Origin: a virus
Lineage: Duplodnaviria; Heunggongvirae; Uroviricota; Caudoviricetes
Length of the DNA stretch: 19,268 nucleotides
IMG/VR virus record: IMGVR_UViG_2576861478_000002
Direction: 5' to 3' (one strand)
Part shown: positions 1 to 9,917 of the stretch, in pieces
Layout of the letters: every line of letters starts with the position of its first letter
How positions within the stretch are numbered: the stretch's first letter is position 1
Notes under the pieces: generated by a model
Databases searched by the model: none
Told to the model about the DNA's origin: nothing
Seen by the model: only the letters and a program-made list of their open reading frames with translations
Position numbers and translations under genes: made by a program

Positions 1-813
1 CATAATGAATATGCTGTGTTTGAAGATACTTTTACAAATGTCACCGTAAAAGATTATCAGTTTAAGCGAAGTTTTAAGCAAAGTGAAGTCATTCATTTAA
101 GATACAGGAATGATAAGTTATCACCTCTTATCGATGGTTTGTTTACTGATTATGGTGATTTATTCGGTAGAATATTAAGTTCTCAAAAACGTAAGAATCA
201 AATTCGCGGAACAGTTGATATGGATATGCTTGCTGCAAAGAGTGAAAAACATCAAGCCAAACTGCAAGAATTCATTGATAACATGTATAAAGCAATTGGA
301 GAAAAAGACGTTGCTCTTATTCCACAACAACCAGGTTTTAAGTATGCTGAAACATCTGGCGGAGGGAATTCTGGTCAGAGTGTGGAGGAAATCAATAAAG
401 TAACGAATGGCTTCTTAAATCAAGTAGCAATGGCTTTTGGTATTCCAACTGCTTTGATATATGGCGAGATGGCTGATGTGGAGAAGCAAACGAAAAATTA
501 TATGCTTTTCACAGTGAAACCTTTATTAAAAAAGATTTCTGATGAAGCAAACGTTAAATTTTTTGAAGAAGAAGAGTATCTTTCAGGTCAAAAAATTGAA
601 GTTAAAGCTGTTTCTTATCAAAGTATATTTGATCTTGCGACAAGCATCGATAAACTCATTTCTTCAAGTGCATTTACAGGGAATGAGATTCGATTAGAAG
701 TAGGATATGAAGTTTCTGATGATCCTAACTTAAATACACATCATATTACGAAAAACTATACGAAACTAACTGAATCTGAAGGAGGTGAGAATACAAATGA
801 CGGTGAAAATTGA
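1..813 (+). CDS. HK97-family phage portal protein (5' truncated by window edge)
   Basis: Frame is open from base 1. Portal-like motifs HLRY..N and AMAFGIP..L..G. Lies directly upstream of the protease and capsid genes. Confidence 0.9.
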   Translation, partial: HNEYAVFEDTFTNVTVKDYQFKRSFKQSEVIHLRYRNDKLSPLIDGLFTDYGDLFGRILSSQKRKNQIRGTVDMDMLAAKSEKHQAKLQEFIDNMYKAIGEKDVALIPQQPGFKYAETSGGGNSGQSVEEINKVTNGFLNQVAMAFGIPTALIYGEMADVEKQTKNYMLFTVKPLLKKISDEANVKFFEEEEYLSGQKIEVKAVSYQSIFDLATSIDKLISSSAFTGNEIRLEVGYEVSDDPNLNTHHITKNYTKLTESEGGENTNDGEN

Positions 814-1573
814 CGTTAAAGGACCAATTATTTCGAATGATGAAGCTTGGATTTATGATTGGTTTGAAATGGATGCTACAAGCCCAGGTAAGATTACAAA
901 ACAACTGGATAACGCAAATAGTGAGGATTTAATTGTATCAATCAATAGTCCTGGTGGTTATGTAGATGAGGGTTCGGAAATTTACACAGCATTAAAAAAT
1001 TATCCTGGTCATGTAGAAGTTCAAATTGTTGGTTTGGCAGCAAGTGCAGCTTCTGTAATTGCGATGGCTGGTGATAAAGTTCGAATTTCTCCAACAGCAA
1101 AAATCATGATTCACAACGCTGCTAAGTGGCATGGTGGAGATCATCGTGACATGGAAAAGGCAGCCGAGATGTTAAAAATAACAGATCGAGCTATTGTAAA
1201 TGCCTATGTCATTAAAAGTGGTAAATCTGAGGAAGAACTACTTAACATGATGGCTGAAGAAACTTGGATGGGTCCGCAACAAGCATTAGAAAACAATTTC
1301 GCGGATGAAATCATGTTTATGGAGAATCCAGTTAAAATGACAGCTTCAACGGCTGCTGCTGCCATGCTTCCGCAGAAAGTAATCGATGGCTTTAGAAATG
1401 GAACCATGAACAAAGGCCAAGGAATTACAAAAGAAGATTTAAATGCAGCATTATCAGGATTAAAAAATGAAATCCTGAATGATTTACAAAACAATATAGA
1501 AGAACAACCAAAGGAGCCGAATCCTAAACCTGTAAAAAACAGTGGGATTAAAGGGCTCCTTTTAAAATTATAA
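797..1573 (+). CDS. ClpP-like prohead maturation protease
   Basis: INSPGG, GLAASAASVIAMAG, MIHN and EETW motifs. RBS GGAGGTG precedes ATG 797. Confidence 0.95.
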   Translation: MTVKIDVKGPIISNDEAWIYDWFEMDATSPGKITKQLDNANSEDLIVSINSPGGYVDEGSEIYTALKNYPGHVEVQIVGLAASAASVIAMAGDKVRISPTAKIMIHNAAKWHGGDHRDMEKAAEMLKITDRAIVNAYVIKSGKSEEELLNMMAEETWMGPQQALENNFADEIMFMENPVKMTASTAAAAMLPQKVIDGFRNGTMNKGQGITKEDLNAALSGLKNEILNDLQNNIEEQPKEPNPKPVKNSGIKGLLLKL

Positions 1574-1593
1574 AAAAACGGAGGAAACACACA

Positions 1594-2757
1594 ATGGTAA
1601 TTAAATTTAATAAATCTGAAGCATTTACTAAGGCAAAAGCAAAGTTGACGGACACTTTAACTAACGCAGAAAGTACAGAACAAGAACAAACGTCAGCGTT
1701 TGAAGGTTTCTTTGATGCACTACAAACAGATGTAGCAAATACGGTCCGTGAACAAGTAAATAACGATATGCTTGATCGTTCAATTTTACAGCAACGTGGT
1801 CAAAATGTTTTAACTTCAGCAGAAACAAAATTCTTCAATGCAGTTGTTAAAGAAGGTGGATTTACAGATGGCTCAATCCTTCCTGTAACGACTCAAGAGC
1901 GTGTGTTTGAAGATTTAGTTACAGAACATCCCTTATTAGCTGAAATTGGTTTGCAAGATTTAGGAGCAGTTACGAAGTTTATTTACTCTGATGCAACGAA
2001 GGCGTATGTATGGGGCGAATTATTCGGGGAAATCCGTGGGCAAATTGATGCTATCTTCAAACAAGAAAAAATTGGTCAACTTAAATTAACTGCATTTGCA
2101 GCAATTCCAAATGATATGAAGGAACTTGGCCCGGAATGGATTGAACGTTATGTTCGAACTGTTTTAGTAGAAACATATTCAGTCGGTCTAGAATTTGGCT
2201 TTATTAATGGTGGCGGATCTGTAGCACATCAACCAGTTGGTTTAATGAAAGATGTAAATCCAGAAACAGGCGCTGTTACTGATAAAAAATCTTCTGGTAA
2301 ACTAACATTTGCTCCGTCTGATAAAGGGGTAATTGTAGCAGGCGGACTTTTTGAAGTAGGAAAAGCTTTATCTGTTGATGCAAAAGGGAAATCCAGAAAA
2401 GTATTAAATAAAATTGTAATGGTAGTTAACCCGATTGATGCGATTGGCGTACAAGCACGTAATACAATCCAGACCGCAACAGGTCAATGGGTAATGGCAT
2501 TGCCTTATAACATTAAACCTGTCGAGTGTGAGGAAGTTCCTGTTGGTAAAGCATTATTCTTTGTAAAAGGACAATATATTGCTGCAATCGCAGGTGGATA
2601 CAAGCTAAAAGAATTTGATCAAACATTAGCTTTCGAAGATGCTACCCTTTATACAATTAAACAATTTGCTAATGGGAAACCGAAAGATAATAAAGCGGCT
2701 CTTGTTTACGATTTAGAAATTTCATTTACACCACCTGCAGAAACAAAAACTAAATAA
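1594..2757 (+). CDS. HK97-fold major capsid protein
   Basis: 387 aa after the protease, with helical N-terminal delta-like region, G.F..G.G...P.G motif and GGAGG RBS. Confidence 0.93.
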   Translation: MVIKFNKSEAFTKAKAKLTDTLTNAESTEQEQTSAFEGFFDALQTDVANTVREQVNNDMLDRSILQQRGQNVLTSAETKFFNAVVKEGGFTDGSILPVTTQERVFEDLVTEHPLLAEIGLQDLGAVTKFIYSDATKAYVWGELFGEIRGQIDAIFKQEKIGQLKLTAFAAIPNDMKELGPEWIERYVRTVLVETYSVGLEFGFINGGGSVAHQPVGLMKDVNPETGAVTDKKSSGKLTFAPSDKGVIVAGGLFEVGKALSVDAKGKSRKVLNKIVMVVNPIDAIGVQARNTIQTATGQWVMALPYNIKPVECEEVPVGKALFFVKGQYIAAIAGGYKLKEFDQTLAFEDATLYTIKQFANGKPKDNKAALVYDLEISFTPPAETKTK

Positions 2758-2769
2758 AGGGTGAAGTAA

Positions 2770-3066
2770 ATGAGAAACGCAACAATTTCAGATGAAATAT
2801 TGCAAGATTTTAAAGAAAGGATGCGTTTAGGTGATGAAGAAGACCATAACCTAAGACGTATCCTTTTTACATCTAATAAGGCTTTACTAAGAGTTTGCGG
2901 TGACTATGAAATTACCAATGATGAAGAGTTCAAAGAATTAGTCTTTGAACGTTCTCGTTATGTTTATAACGATGCCTTAGAGTATTTTGATAAGAATTTT
3001 TTAAGCCAAATTAATAGTTTGAGCATTGATAAAGCCTTAGAAGAAATTAAGTTAGACGGTGATTAA
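2770..3066 (+). CDS. Head-tail connector / adaptor (SPP1 gp15 / HK97 gp6-like)
   Basis: 98 aa directly after the capsid gene; ELVFERSRYVYND motif typical of Firmicutes phage connectors. Confidence 0.75.
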   Translation: MRNATISDEILQDFKERMRLGDEEDHNLRRILFTSNKALLRVCGDYEITNDEEFKELVFERSRYVYNDALEYFDKNFLSQINSLSIDKALEEIKLDGD

Positions 3067-3067
3067 T

Positions 3068-3442
3068 ATGCAGCCCTTTAAATATAAGCGGCCGTTAAAT
3101 GCCGCAAAATTAAACAAATGTATCATACTAGAGCGAAAAATATCAGAAACAAAAGATGAAGAAGGAAATGTTCATCCGTCTAAATGGCTAGAGTTCGTAA
3201 AAGTATGGGCAGAACCTAAAACACCATTTGGTACAGGCTTTAGATCAGAAATATTTCAAGGAAATGCAGAGTTTGTTATTAAACTAATAAACTTTACAAT
3301 TCGATATCGAGAAGGTATTAATTCAGCAATGCGTGTAAGGTAAGATGGGAAGTTATACGAGATTAAGTCAGTTATTGATATCGACGAACAACATAAGGAA
3401 ATGTGCCTTATTTGTGAGGAGCGATCAAATTGGCAGAATTAG
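3068..3442 (+). pseudogene. Head closure protein (SPP1 gp16-like) interrupted by in-frame TAA at 3341-3343
   Basis: VWAE and FTIRYREGI..AMRV motifs. The same frame continues after the stop as DGKLYEIKSVIDIDEQHKEMCLICEE to TAG 3440-3442, the expected C-terminus. Either a real nonsense mutation or a base-call error. Confidence 0.75.
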
Positions 3443-3867
3443 AAGTTTTCGGAATAGAAGAATGGATTAGGGATTTGGAACAGTTAGGACAAGATGTTCC
3501 CCAGATCACAAAGCAATCATTACAAGCTGGAGCAAAGGTATTCAAAAAGAACTTAGAAAGAAATTCTCCTGTGGGTCCGGAGGTGCAAAAACCAACTCCA
3601 AAACAATCATGGCGAGATGGAAAACACGCTAAGGATGCTATTAATATAGGGAAAGTTGTGAAAAAAGGTAGTTCCTATTCAATTGAAATTGGATGGGACA
3701 AAGCAGATAATTCTCCGCATTATTATATGAAATTTCAAAACTGGGGAACAAGTAAAAATCCAAACCCACCACACAAAGGGTTTGCTGAGAAAACTTTAAT
3801 CCAAAGTGAAAAAGAAGCCCTAAAAGAAATGGAAAGGGAATTTATGCGGAGGATTACAGGCCGATGA
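3430..3867 (+). CDS. HK97 gp10-family tail completion protein
   Basis: Position in the module; YYMKFQNWGT and P.KGF.EK motifs; TTG start with GAGGAG RBS. Confidence 0.8.
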   Translation: MAELEVFGIEEWIRDLEQLGQDVPQITKQSLQAGAKVFKKNLERNSPVGPEVQKPTPKQSWRDGKHAKDAINIGKVVKKGSSYSIEIGWDKADNSPHYYMKFQNWGTSKNPNPPHKGFAEKTLIQSEKEALKEMEREFMRRITGR

Positions 3868-4017
3868 AAAATTTGAATAAGGAAATATTTGATGTTTTAC
3901 GTACAGATGTAGTTATTAAATCTGAGTCAGGTGGAGAATTTATATATCAATTTGTTAAAGGAAATGACAAAACAGATATATGGATTACATTTTCAGAGTT
4001 AAATAGTTCTCATTATA
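3864..4017 (+). pseudogene. 5' fragment of tail terminator (DUF3168-like) truncated by a deletion junction
   Basis: Overlaps the gp10 stop (ATGA). About 50 terminator-like codons, then sequence copied from 6660-6694. Confidence 0.6.
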
Positions 4018-4052
4018 GGTTTAGGTACTGTCAACGAGTTGCGTGATGCTAA
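4018..4052 (+). repeat. 35-bp exact copy of 6660-6694 at the deletion junction
   Basis: GGTTTAGGTACTGTCAACGAGTTGCGTGATGCTAA occurs at both 4018-4052 and 6660-6694. Confidence 0.95.
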
Positions 4053-4872
4053 AAAAGTGTGGAACGGTAAAGGTTGGGAACTCCTTATTCCTGATGTGGA
4101 ATCAATTAAAAAGGTTACCCTGGAGCAGGTTATTAAGGTTATTAAACTGGCAAAAGAAGAATTAAATAAGAAAGTGGAAGAAGCGCAACAAGAAACCACT
4201 GGCCAATTTAATACAGTAACAGAAAGTCTTCAAAAAGTTACGAGAACTATTTCTGACGTACAAAGAGATCAAGGTGAAATTGATAAAAAAGTAACCCAGG
4301 TTGAACAGGATTCTGAGAAATTTAAACGGTCTATTGAAACATTAACGAAAAATAGTAGTGAGACTACAAATAAAATCAACACCTTAGAAAGTGATGTGGA
4401 CGGAAATACGAAAGTTATTTCACAAGTTAAAGAAAGTGTAGCAAACATTAATGACGATGTAAGAAACTTATTAATCGGTTCTAAATCTTTTGATGGTGCT
4501 TTGAACTTTGCGCAAGCAGACAATCGTTGGTGGTTTAAATCAGCCGATAAAGTTAAAATTTCGAAAGATGTTTTTCAAGGTAATGCAGTTGTTGAAACCC
4601 AATCATCATGGACTGCTTTAGCTTATAACTTCAAAGATTTGGTGAATCGGGGAGTTGTCAAAGTAGGAGAAAACATTAATGACGATGTAAGAAACTTATT
4701 AATCGGTTCTAAATCTTTTGATGGTGCTTTGAACTTTGCGCAAGCAGACAATCGTTGGTGGGTTAAATCAGCCGATAAAGTTAAAATTTCGAAGATGGTT
4801 TTCAAGGGAATGCAGTTGTTGAAACCCAATCCTCTTGGACTGCTTTCGGTTATAACTTCAAAGATTTGGTGA
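4039..4872 (+). pseudogene. Tail fibre/spike protein, fragment 1 (N-terminus deleted; ends in a frameshifted duplication)
   Basis: KVWNGKGWE motif, coiled coil, then a carbohydrate-binding-like module (RNLLIGSKSF). No own RBS. Frame breaks at a 1-nt deletion in the second repeat copy. Confidence 0.7.
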
Positions 4873-4897
4873 ATCGGGGAGTTGTCAAAGCAGGAGA
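4443..4897 (+). repeat. Tandem duplication, 228 bp (4443-4670) + 227 bp (4671-4897)
   Basis: Direct alignment shows 8 substitutions and one 1-nt deletion, all in the distal part of the unit. Confidence 0.95.
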
Positions 4898-7823
4898 TAA
4901 AGCAACCTATTCAATTTATACTCGAGTAAAAGGATTACCGGATGGCCAAGAAATACAACACCCTTTCTATTTTGCACCAGGTGCTACCGGAATCCGTCCA
5001 AATAAATCTACTAATCAATGGCCAAGGGTAAGCGTTTCGTTCACAGTGACAGCAAGCATGATGTCGTTACCGGGACCAGATAACGAGAGTCATTTACGTA
5101 TAGAACCTGATGCAAGCCCTCCTGCTGGTTGTTGGTATCAGCAGAGTTCACCACAATTGACTATAGGCAGTAAAGATTATTCGTGGCGACCTGCTCCTGA
5201 AGATATTGCAGATGGTAATGTTTTCACCAAGATAACAACCGAGATCAAAGAAGAGGCTGGGAGAATCTCTAAAAAATTGGAGCAGGTTGAATCTCGTACA
5301 GTGGGCGTTGAAAACTGGCTAATCAATACTGGGCGAAATCAAAAGCCACAAACAATTGGAATGTCTGGAGGCGCACTAGTCAACAAAGCTGCTCAATCGT
5401 TCACTGAGGATTACATGATCGTAGAATGTACAGATCATACCGACTCTTTCTATCAATTCCATCTAGATAATACTAAGATGGGTGACTACGAAAAAGAGAA
5501 AGATATGACATTTAGTATCGATATGCAAAATGATGCTCTTATTGATTTAATTGTATTCCAATTTATTAATGGAGTTTGGGCAGAAAACTTGTACAATAGA
5601 TTTCCTGTCGCTAATTGGTCTAGGAGATCATTTACATTTAAGATTGATGCGCGGGCAACTGGATGGGGATTGCGATTACGATTTGAAAGAAACGAAAATT
5701 CAAAGGGTAAGAAATTTCGTTTCAAGAAACCTAAACTAGAAAAAGGTTCCGTTCCTACAGGTTTTACAAAATCGACTTATGAGTTGGAGCAAAGTTTTGA
5801 GGGTGTAAAAGAACGTATTGAAAAAACGGAATCTATCATTAATGATGCTGGTGATCGTAACTATGCACGTAACGGAGATTTCACACACTATTGGGCCGAT
5901 AACGATCTGCAATGGGATAAGAACCTAAACGGTAATTTGCGCGCTGGTAATTGGGCAACAGGTTATAACGCTGGAACAACAGATCCTACAAAGGGTTATC
6001 ATATGCACGTTGATGACAAAAAGTTTGGGTATCCTGTAGTTGCTGTTATTAACAAAAATGGTCAATTCGGTCAAGCTAAAAGGTGGCTTGGAATGCCTCA
6101 AGAAATGCCAGCTAGTTTTCGAAATGATTTCCAGCCAGGTGATACGTACACGATCGCTTTAGATGTATGGACGGAAACAGCAAATAACAAAATAGCGGTA
6201 GGATTACACCACTTTATTGAGGGTAACAATACAATGGGCTTTCATAGTGGAGGTACGCCAGAATTGACCATCGAACCTGTTAAAAAGTGGGTTCGAGTTC
6301 ATACAACAATGAAATTACATGATAAATCAGATATGAAAAAAGGGTTTAGTTTATATATTTATGGTGATCGTTCTGCTGATGGTAGTGAGTGCTACTTCAA
6401 AAATGTATCCGTGTTAAAAGGATCTATGCCAAAAGCATACGCTCCGTCTCCGGAAGATGGGGTAAAAGAAAATGTATTCAGCCAGAAAGTAACGGAGATT
6501 ACGCGGAACGCCGAAGGGATAACAAGTGATGTAAAAAAAATACAGGAAATACAAACTCAGCAAGGGGAAACACTGACTCAAGCTACTACAACGATCCTGC
6601 AACAATCTGAAGAATTGAAGCTAGCAATGAAAAAGAAAGATGTTGAAGCTTATGTAGGTGGTTTAGGTACTGTCAACGAGTTGCGTGATGCTAATTTTAC
6701 GTTAGGACCGAAATATTGGTTTTGGAATAGCGGTAATGGGGCTACTGGTGCTGTTGATACGAATTTAAAATACAAAGGTATGAATACATTTGCAATTACT
6801 GTTACTGGACAGTCCCAAGATCGTTGGTGGGGACTTACAAGTCAATTTATTGAGTGTCAGGTTACCGAAGACTTTGTTGCATCAGGTTATTTCAATACTG
6901 ACGGGAAAACACCTATGGATGGTGGCGGTGCATTTATTGAAATTGAACGGTGGACTGCTGACAAAAAAACTCGCATTAAGACAGCTAGAACGAATATCAC
7001 TGTTGTAAATCATACATGGGTTCGTGCTGTATGCACAGATAAAGCGCCAGCTAATGCGGCGTTTGTGAGATGGCGTTATTACGTTACAAGAAATGGACGT
7101 TTATGGTGTGCTGCACCTTTGTTACAACGTGGCACTATAGCTACAGAATTTTGGCTACATCCAAAAGATCAAACGGATGCTGACAAAATGCTAGAAGATA
7201 TAGCCAATAGAATAGCTACTGAAGATTACAATAAAAAAGTTACAGAATTAGAAAGAAGTATTAGTACTAATAAAGAGGGCGTTTCAATCATTTCTGAAAA
7301 ACAAGAAACGTTTATAAATGAGACTTACGCCGCTTATGTAAAAGCAACGGGTTCTAAACTTAAGGTTCTTGATGAAGGAATCCTTGCAGAAGTTAAAAAA
7401 GGGAATATCATCGCAGCTATTAACTTTTCATCGGAAAAATTAGAGATTGATGTTTCAAAGGTAGCTATTAATGCCGATACAATGGTGAAATGGTTACCGG
7501 AAAAAGCAATTGATACGAATCTTATTAGAATTGACGGTGATAAGATAACTATTGATAAAGATGGTGTAACTGTTAAAATGCTAGATTTCCTATTCCAAGA
7601 CGAATGGGGAACAAAAACAACTGCGGTATCAACACGAAACCTAATATCAGATCCCGACTTTTCTACTGTTACAAAGAAAAACATTGGACATACCGATTAT
7701 CATGGGTTTGAAGGTGGATATGGTCTTACTTGGAAGTCATGGGGAAATGTCGTAATAGAACAGAATACACATATATTCGATTACGAGCAAATGGTAAATG
7801 CTGCAAGGGATAGTTATACATAG
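4866..7823 (+). pseudogene. Tail fibre/spike protein, fragment 2 (coiled coils alternating with CBM-like modules)
   Basis: 985-aa open frame that continues fragment 1 after a -1 shift and terminates inside the fold-back repeat. Confidence 0.75.
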
Positions 7824-8029
7824 CTACCCTTGCAGCATTTTCCATTTGCTCGTAATAGAAAAGACTACACATATATTCGATTGCGAGCAAAGGGTAAATG
7901 CTGCAAGGGATAGTTATACATTTCTACCCTTGCAGCAATTACCATTTGCTCGTGATCGAATATATGTGTAGTCTTTTCTATTACGAGCAAATGGTCAATG
8001 CTGCAAGGGTAGCTATGTATAACTATCCC
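7750..8029. repeat. Nested direct and inverted (fold-back) repeat built from one 80-bp coding segment
   Basis: 100-bp direct units at 7750-7849 and 7850-7949. 30-bp hairpin 7780-7809/7827-7856. 103-bp inverted arms 7807-7909/7927-8029 around a 17-nt spacer. Confidence 0.95.
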
Positions 8030-8683
8030 GAAACAGTCGTGAATAATGGGATACATCCTGGTAACGAATATACAGTTTCTGCTCACTTTAGAACAGCTAT
8101 GATAAATGGTGCACGTAAAACAGGGAAACCTCGTTTACAAGTATGCTGCGTTAAATTCCGAGACAATGTAAGTTACGATATATGGAATGAACAAAAAATG
8201 GATTTTCCTGAACCGTCTACATTTTATGGAGAAATCAGAAGATACTCTTTCACTTTCAAAGTGCCAACAAACTATATTCCGCAACAGCACGCATTAATTA
8301 TTAAAGTTTGTTCTGGAAATGCTGACATGAGACAAGGGACAGCAATTTGTGTAAGTGGTGTAACGTTATACAGTGGCAAATATGCATCTATGTATAATTG
8401 GGATCGTGCTGCAGCAGAAAGAGCAGATGGTATTCAGCCGTTTAACGCGCTTGCTGTAGGTGGTGTGAATAATAATATATCTCCATCACCAGACGGACAA
8501 ACGTTTGATATAAGTACTGAAAAAGAAGTGAAAATCCATAGGAATATACGAGCAATGCAGGGGATTAACTTAGGTGGCGGTGGGTTCCCACAATGGGGAC
8601 ATATTCGTTTTACAGACGGTAATGCGGGAGCGGGTTTTTATGTGAGTACTCCAAGTGGCTGGAAATTTAACGCACCTGGATAG
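7898..8683 (+). pseudogene. Tail fibre/spike protein, C-terminal fragment 3
   Basis: Resumes the YEQMVNAARV.MYNYPETVVNN sequence interrupted in fragment 2 and ends GHIRFTDG...GWKFNA. The listed start is an artefact of the repeat. Confidence 0.7.
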
Positions 8684-8699
8684 AAAGGAAGGATTAAAC

Positions 8700-9065
8700 A
8701 TGGGTATTAACTATATGATGCCTTTTCAAGCAGGTGAAACGCTTCCTTATATGGGAAGGATAGCAGACGTGAAACGAACGGAAACAGGAGTCTTTATACA
8801 AGTTCCTGCTGACATGTTAGATAATGCAGGGGCTTCCAATGATACGAGTAAAGTTGTGGTGTGGAGGGAAATGTCTGCCGGAACTATTGGTTTTAGGGTT
8901 TTAACGAAATGTGAGTTATGTGGTTGGGGAGCCAAATTATATGAATTGAACTTAGGAGCTGCTAAAAGGAACATTTGTGCAAATGATTATTTTAAACTTA
9001 AAGGTGAATATCCGCCACAAGAGGCATTAACAATTGAAAATACAACGCAAAGGGGCCAGCCATAA
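8700..9065 (+). CDS. Hypothetical protein downstream of tail fibre (CxxC motif)
   Basis: RBS AAGGAAGGA before ATG 8700; 121 aa. Confidence 0.7.
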   Translation: MGINYMMPFQAGETLPYMGRIADVKRTETGVFIQVPADMLDNAGASNDTSKVVVWREMSAGTIGFRVLTKCELCGWGAKLYELNLGAAKRNICANDYFKLKGEYPPQEALTIENTTQRGQP

Positions 9066-9182
9066 GCTGTTTTTATTTTGCACAAAATACGGCTTTTGTT
9101 TTGAAATTTCTGCGATGCATTCACCATAAATAAGGTTGTCTCATATCATGTAGAGATTGTTTTATTAAGATTTTAAAAGGAT

Positions 9183-9416
9183 GTGAATGCAGTGGAAGAT
9201 GTATATGTAAAAATCGACAGTTTAAAAGCAGAACAAAAAGAAATTATGCGAGATATTCGTAATTTAGAAACTCGCACAACAATTAATGAGAAAGACATTG
9301 CTACACTTAATAAGCAATTAGAAAAGATTAGCATTAATACAATTTGGATTTTACGAATTATTATTAGTGCAATTACTATGTCAGTCTTGGGTTTAATATT
9401 AAAAGGGATGATTTAA
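9183..9416 (+). CDS. XhlA-family haemolysin/holin-like protein
   Basis: Coiled-coil N-terminus plus C-terminal TM helix (WILRIIISAI..LGLILK); first gene of the lysis cassette. Confidence 0.8.
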   Translation: MNAVEDVYVKIDSLKAEQKEIMRDIRNLETRTTINEKDIATLNKQLEKISINTIWILRIIISAITMSVLGLILKGMI

Positions 9417-9442
9417 TATCTTAAAATAAAAGTACTTATTGA

Positions 9443-9468
9443 GAGAGGGACAAGCGTCTCTCTTTTTT
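9443..9468 (+). terminator. Intrinsic terminator between xhlA-like gene and holin
   Basis: GAGAGGGAC-AAGC-GTCTCTCT followed by a T tract. Confidence 0.6.
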
Positions 9469-9491
9469 ATTATAAATAAGGAGATGGAAAG

Positions 9492-9917
9492 ATGGATCGT
9501 ATTGATATATTAATGAAAGCATTTATAGCTACATTTGGAGGCTTTTGTGGGTATTTTTTGGGAGGATGGGATGCAACATTGAAAATCTTAGTAACGATGG
9601 CAGTTATTGATTATTTCACTGGCACGATTGCAGCCGGGTATCACGGAGAATTAAAAAGTAAAGATGGTTTCAAAGGCATCGCCAAAAAGGTGGTGCTTTT
9701 TCTTTTGGTCGGAGCGTCCGCTCAACTAGATTCAGCACTGGGAAGTAACAGTGCAATTCGTGAAGCGACTATTTTCTTCTTCATGGGCAATGAGTTGCTT
9801 TCACTTTTAGAAAACGCTGGTCGTATGGGAATCCCCTTACCTTCAGCATTAACAAATGCAGTTGAAATTTTGGGCGGTAAACAAAAACAGGAAGAGAAAA
9901 AAGGAGATGTTCAGTAA
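9492..9917 (+). CDS. Phage holin family 4 (toxin secretion/phage lysis holin)
   Basis: FLGGWD, IDY.TG..AA, GFKGIAKK and ELLSLLENAGRMGIPLP motifs. Confidence 0.93.
   Translation: MDRIDILMKAFIATFGGFCGYFLGGWDATLKILVTMAVIDYFTGTIAAGYHGELKSKDGFKGIAKKVVLFLLVGASAQLDSALGSNSAIREATIFFFMGNELLSLLENAGRMGIPLPSALTNAVEILGGKQKQEEKKGDVQ

Noticed and set aside
4443-4897. Diversity-generating retroelement TR/VR pair in the tail fibre
   Set aside because: No reverse transcriptase in the window, mismatches are not adenine-specific (T>G, C>G, T>C, indel), and the copies are adjacent and mid-gene.
7750-8029. CRISPR array or shufflon/invertible tail-fibre cassette
   Set aside because: No unique spacers or cas genes; no invertase and no alternative C-termini. 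All pieces derive from one 80-bp segment.
215-8974. Short antisense or off-frame ORFs inside structural genes (215, 1204, 3999, 4269, 4623, 5486, 5551, 6414, 6790, 7334, 7865, 8747)
   Set aside because: Fully nested in better-supported genes with no recognisable motifs. 7865-8086 is simply the inverted copy of the fibre segment.
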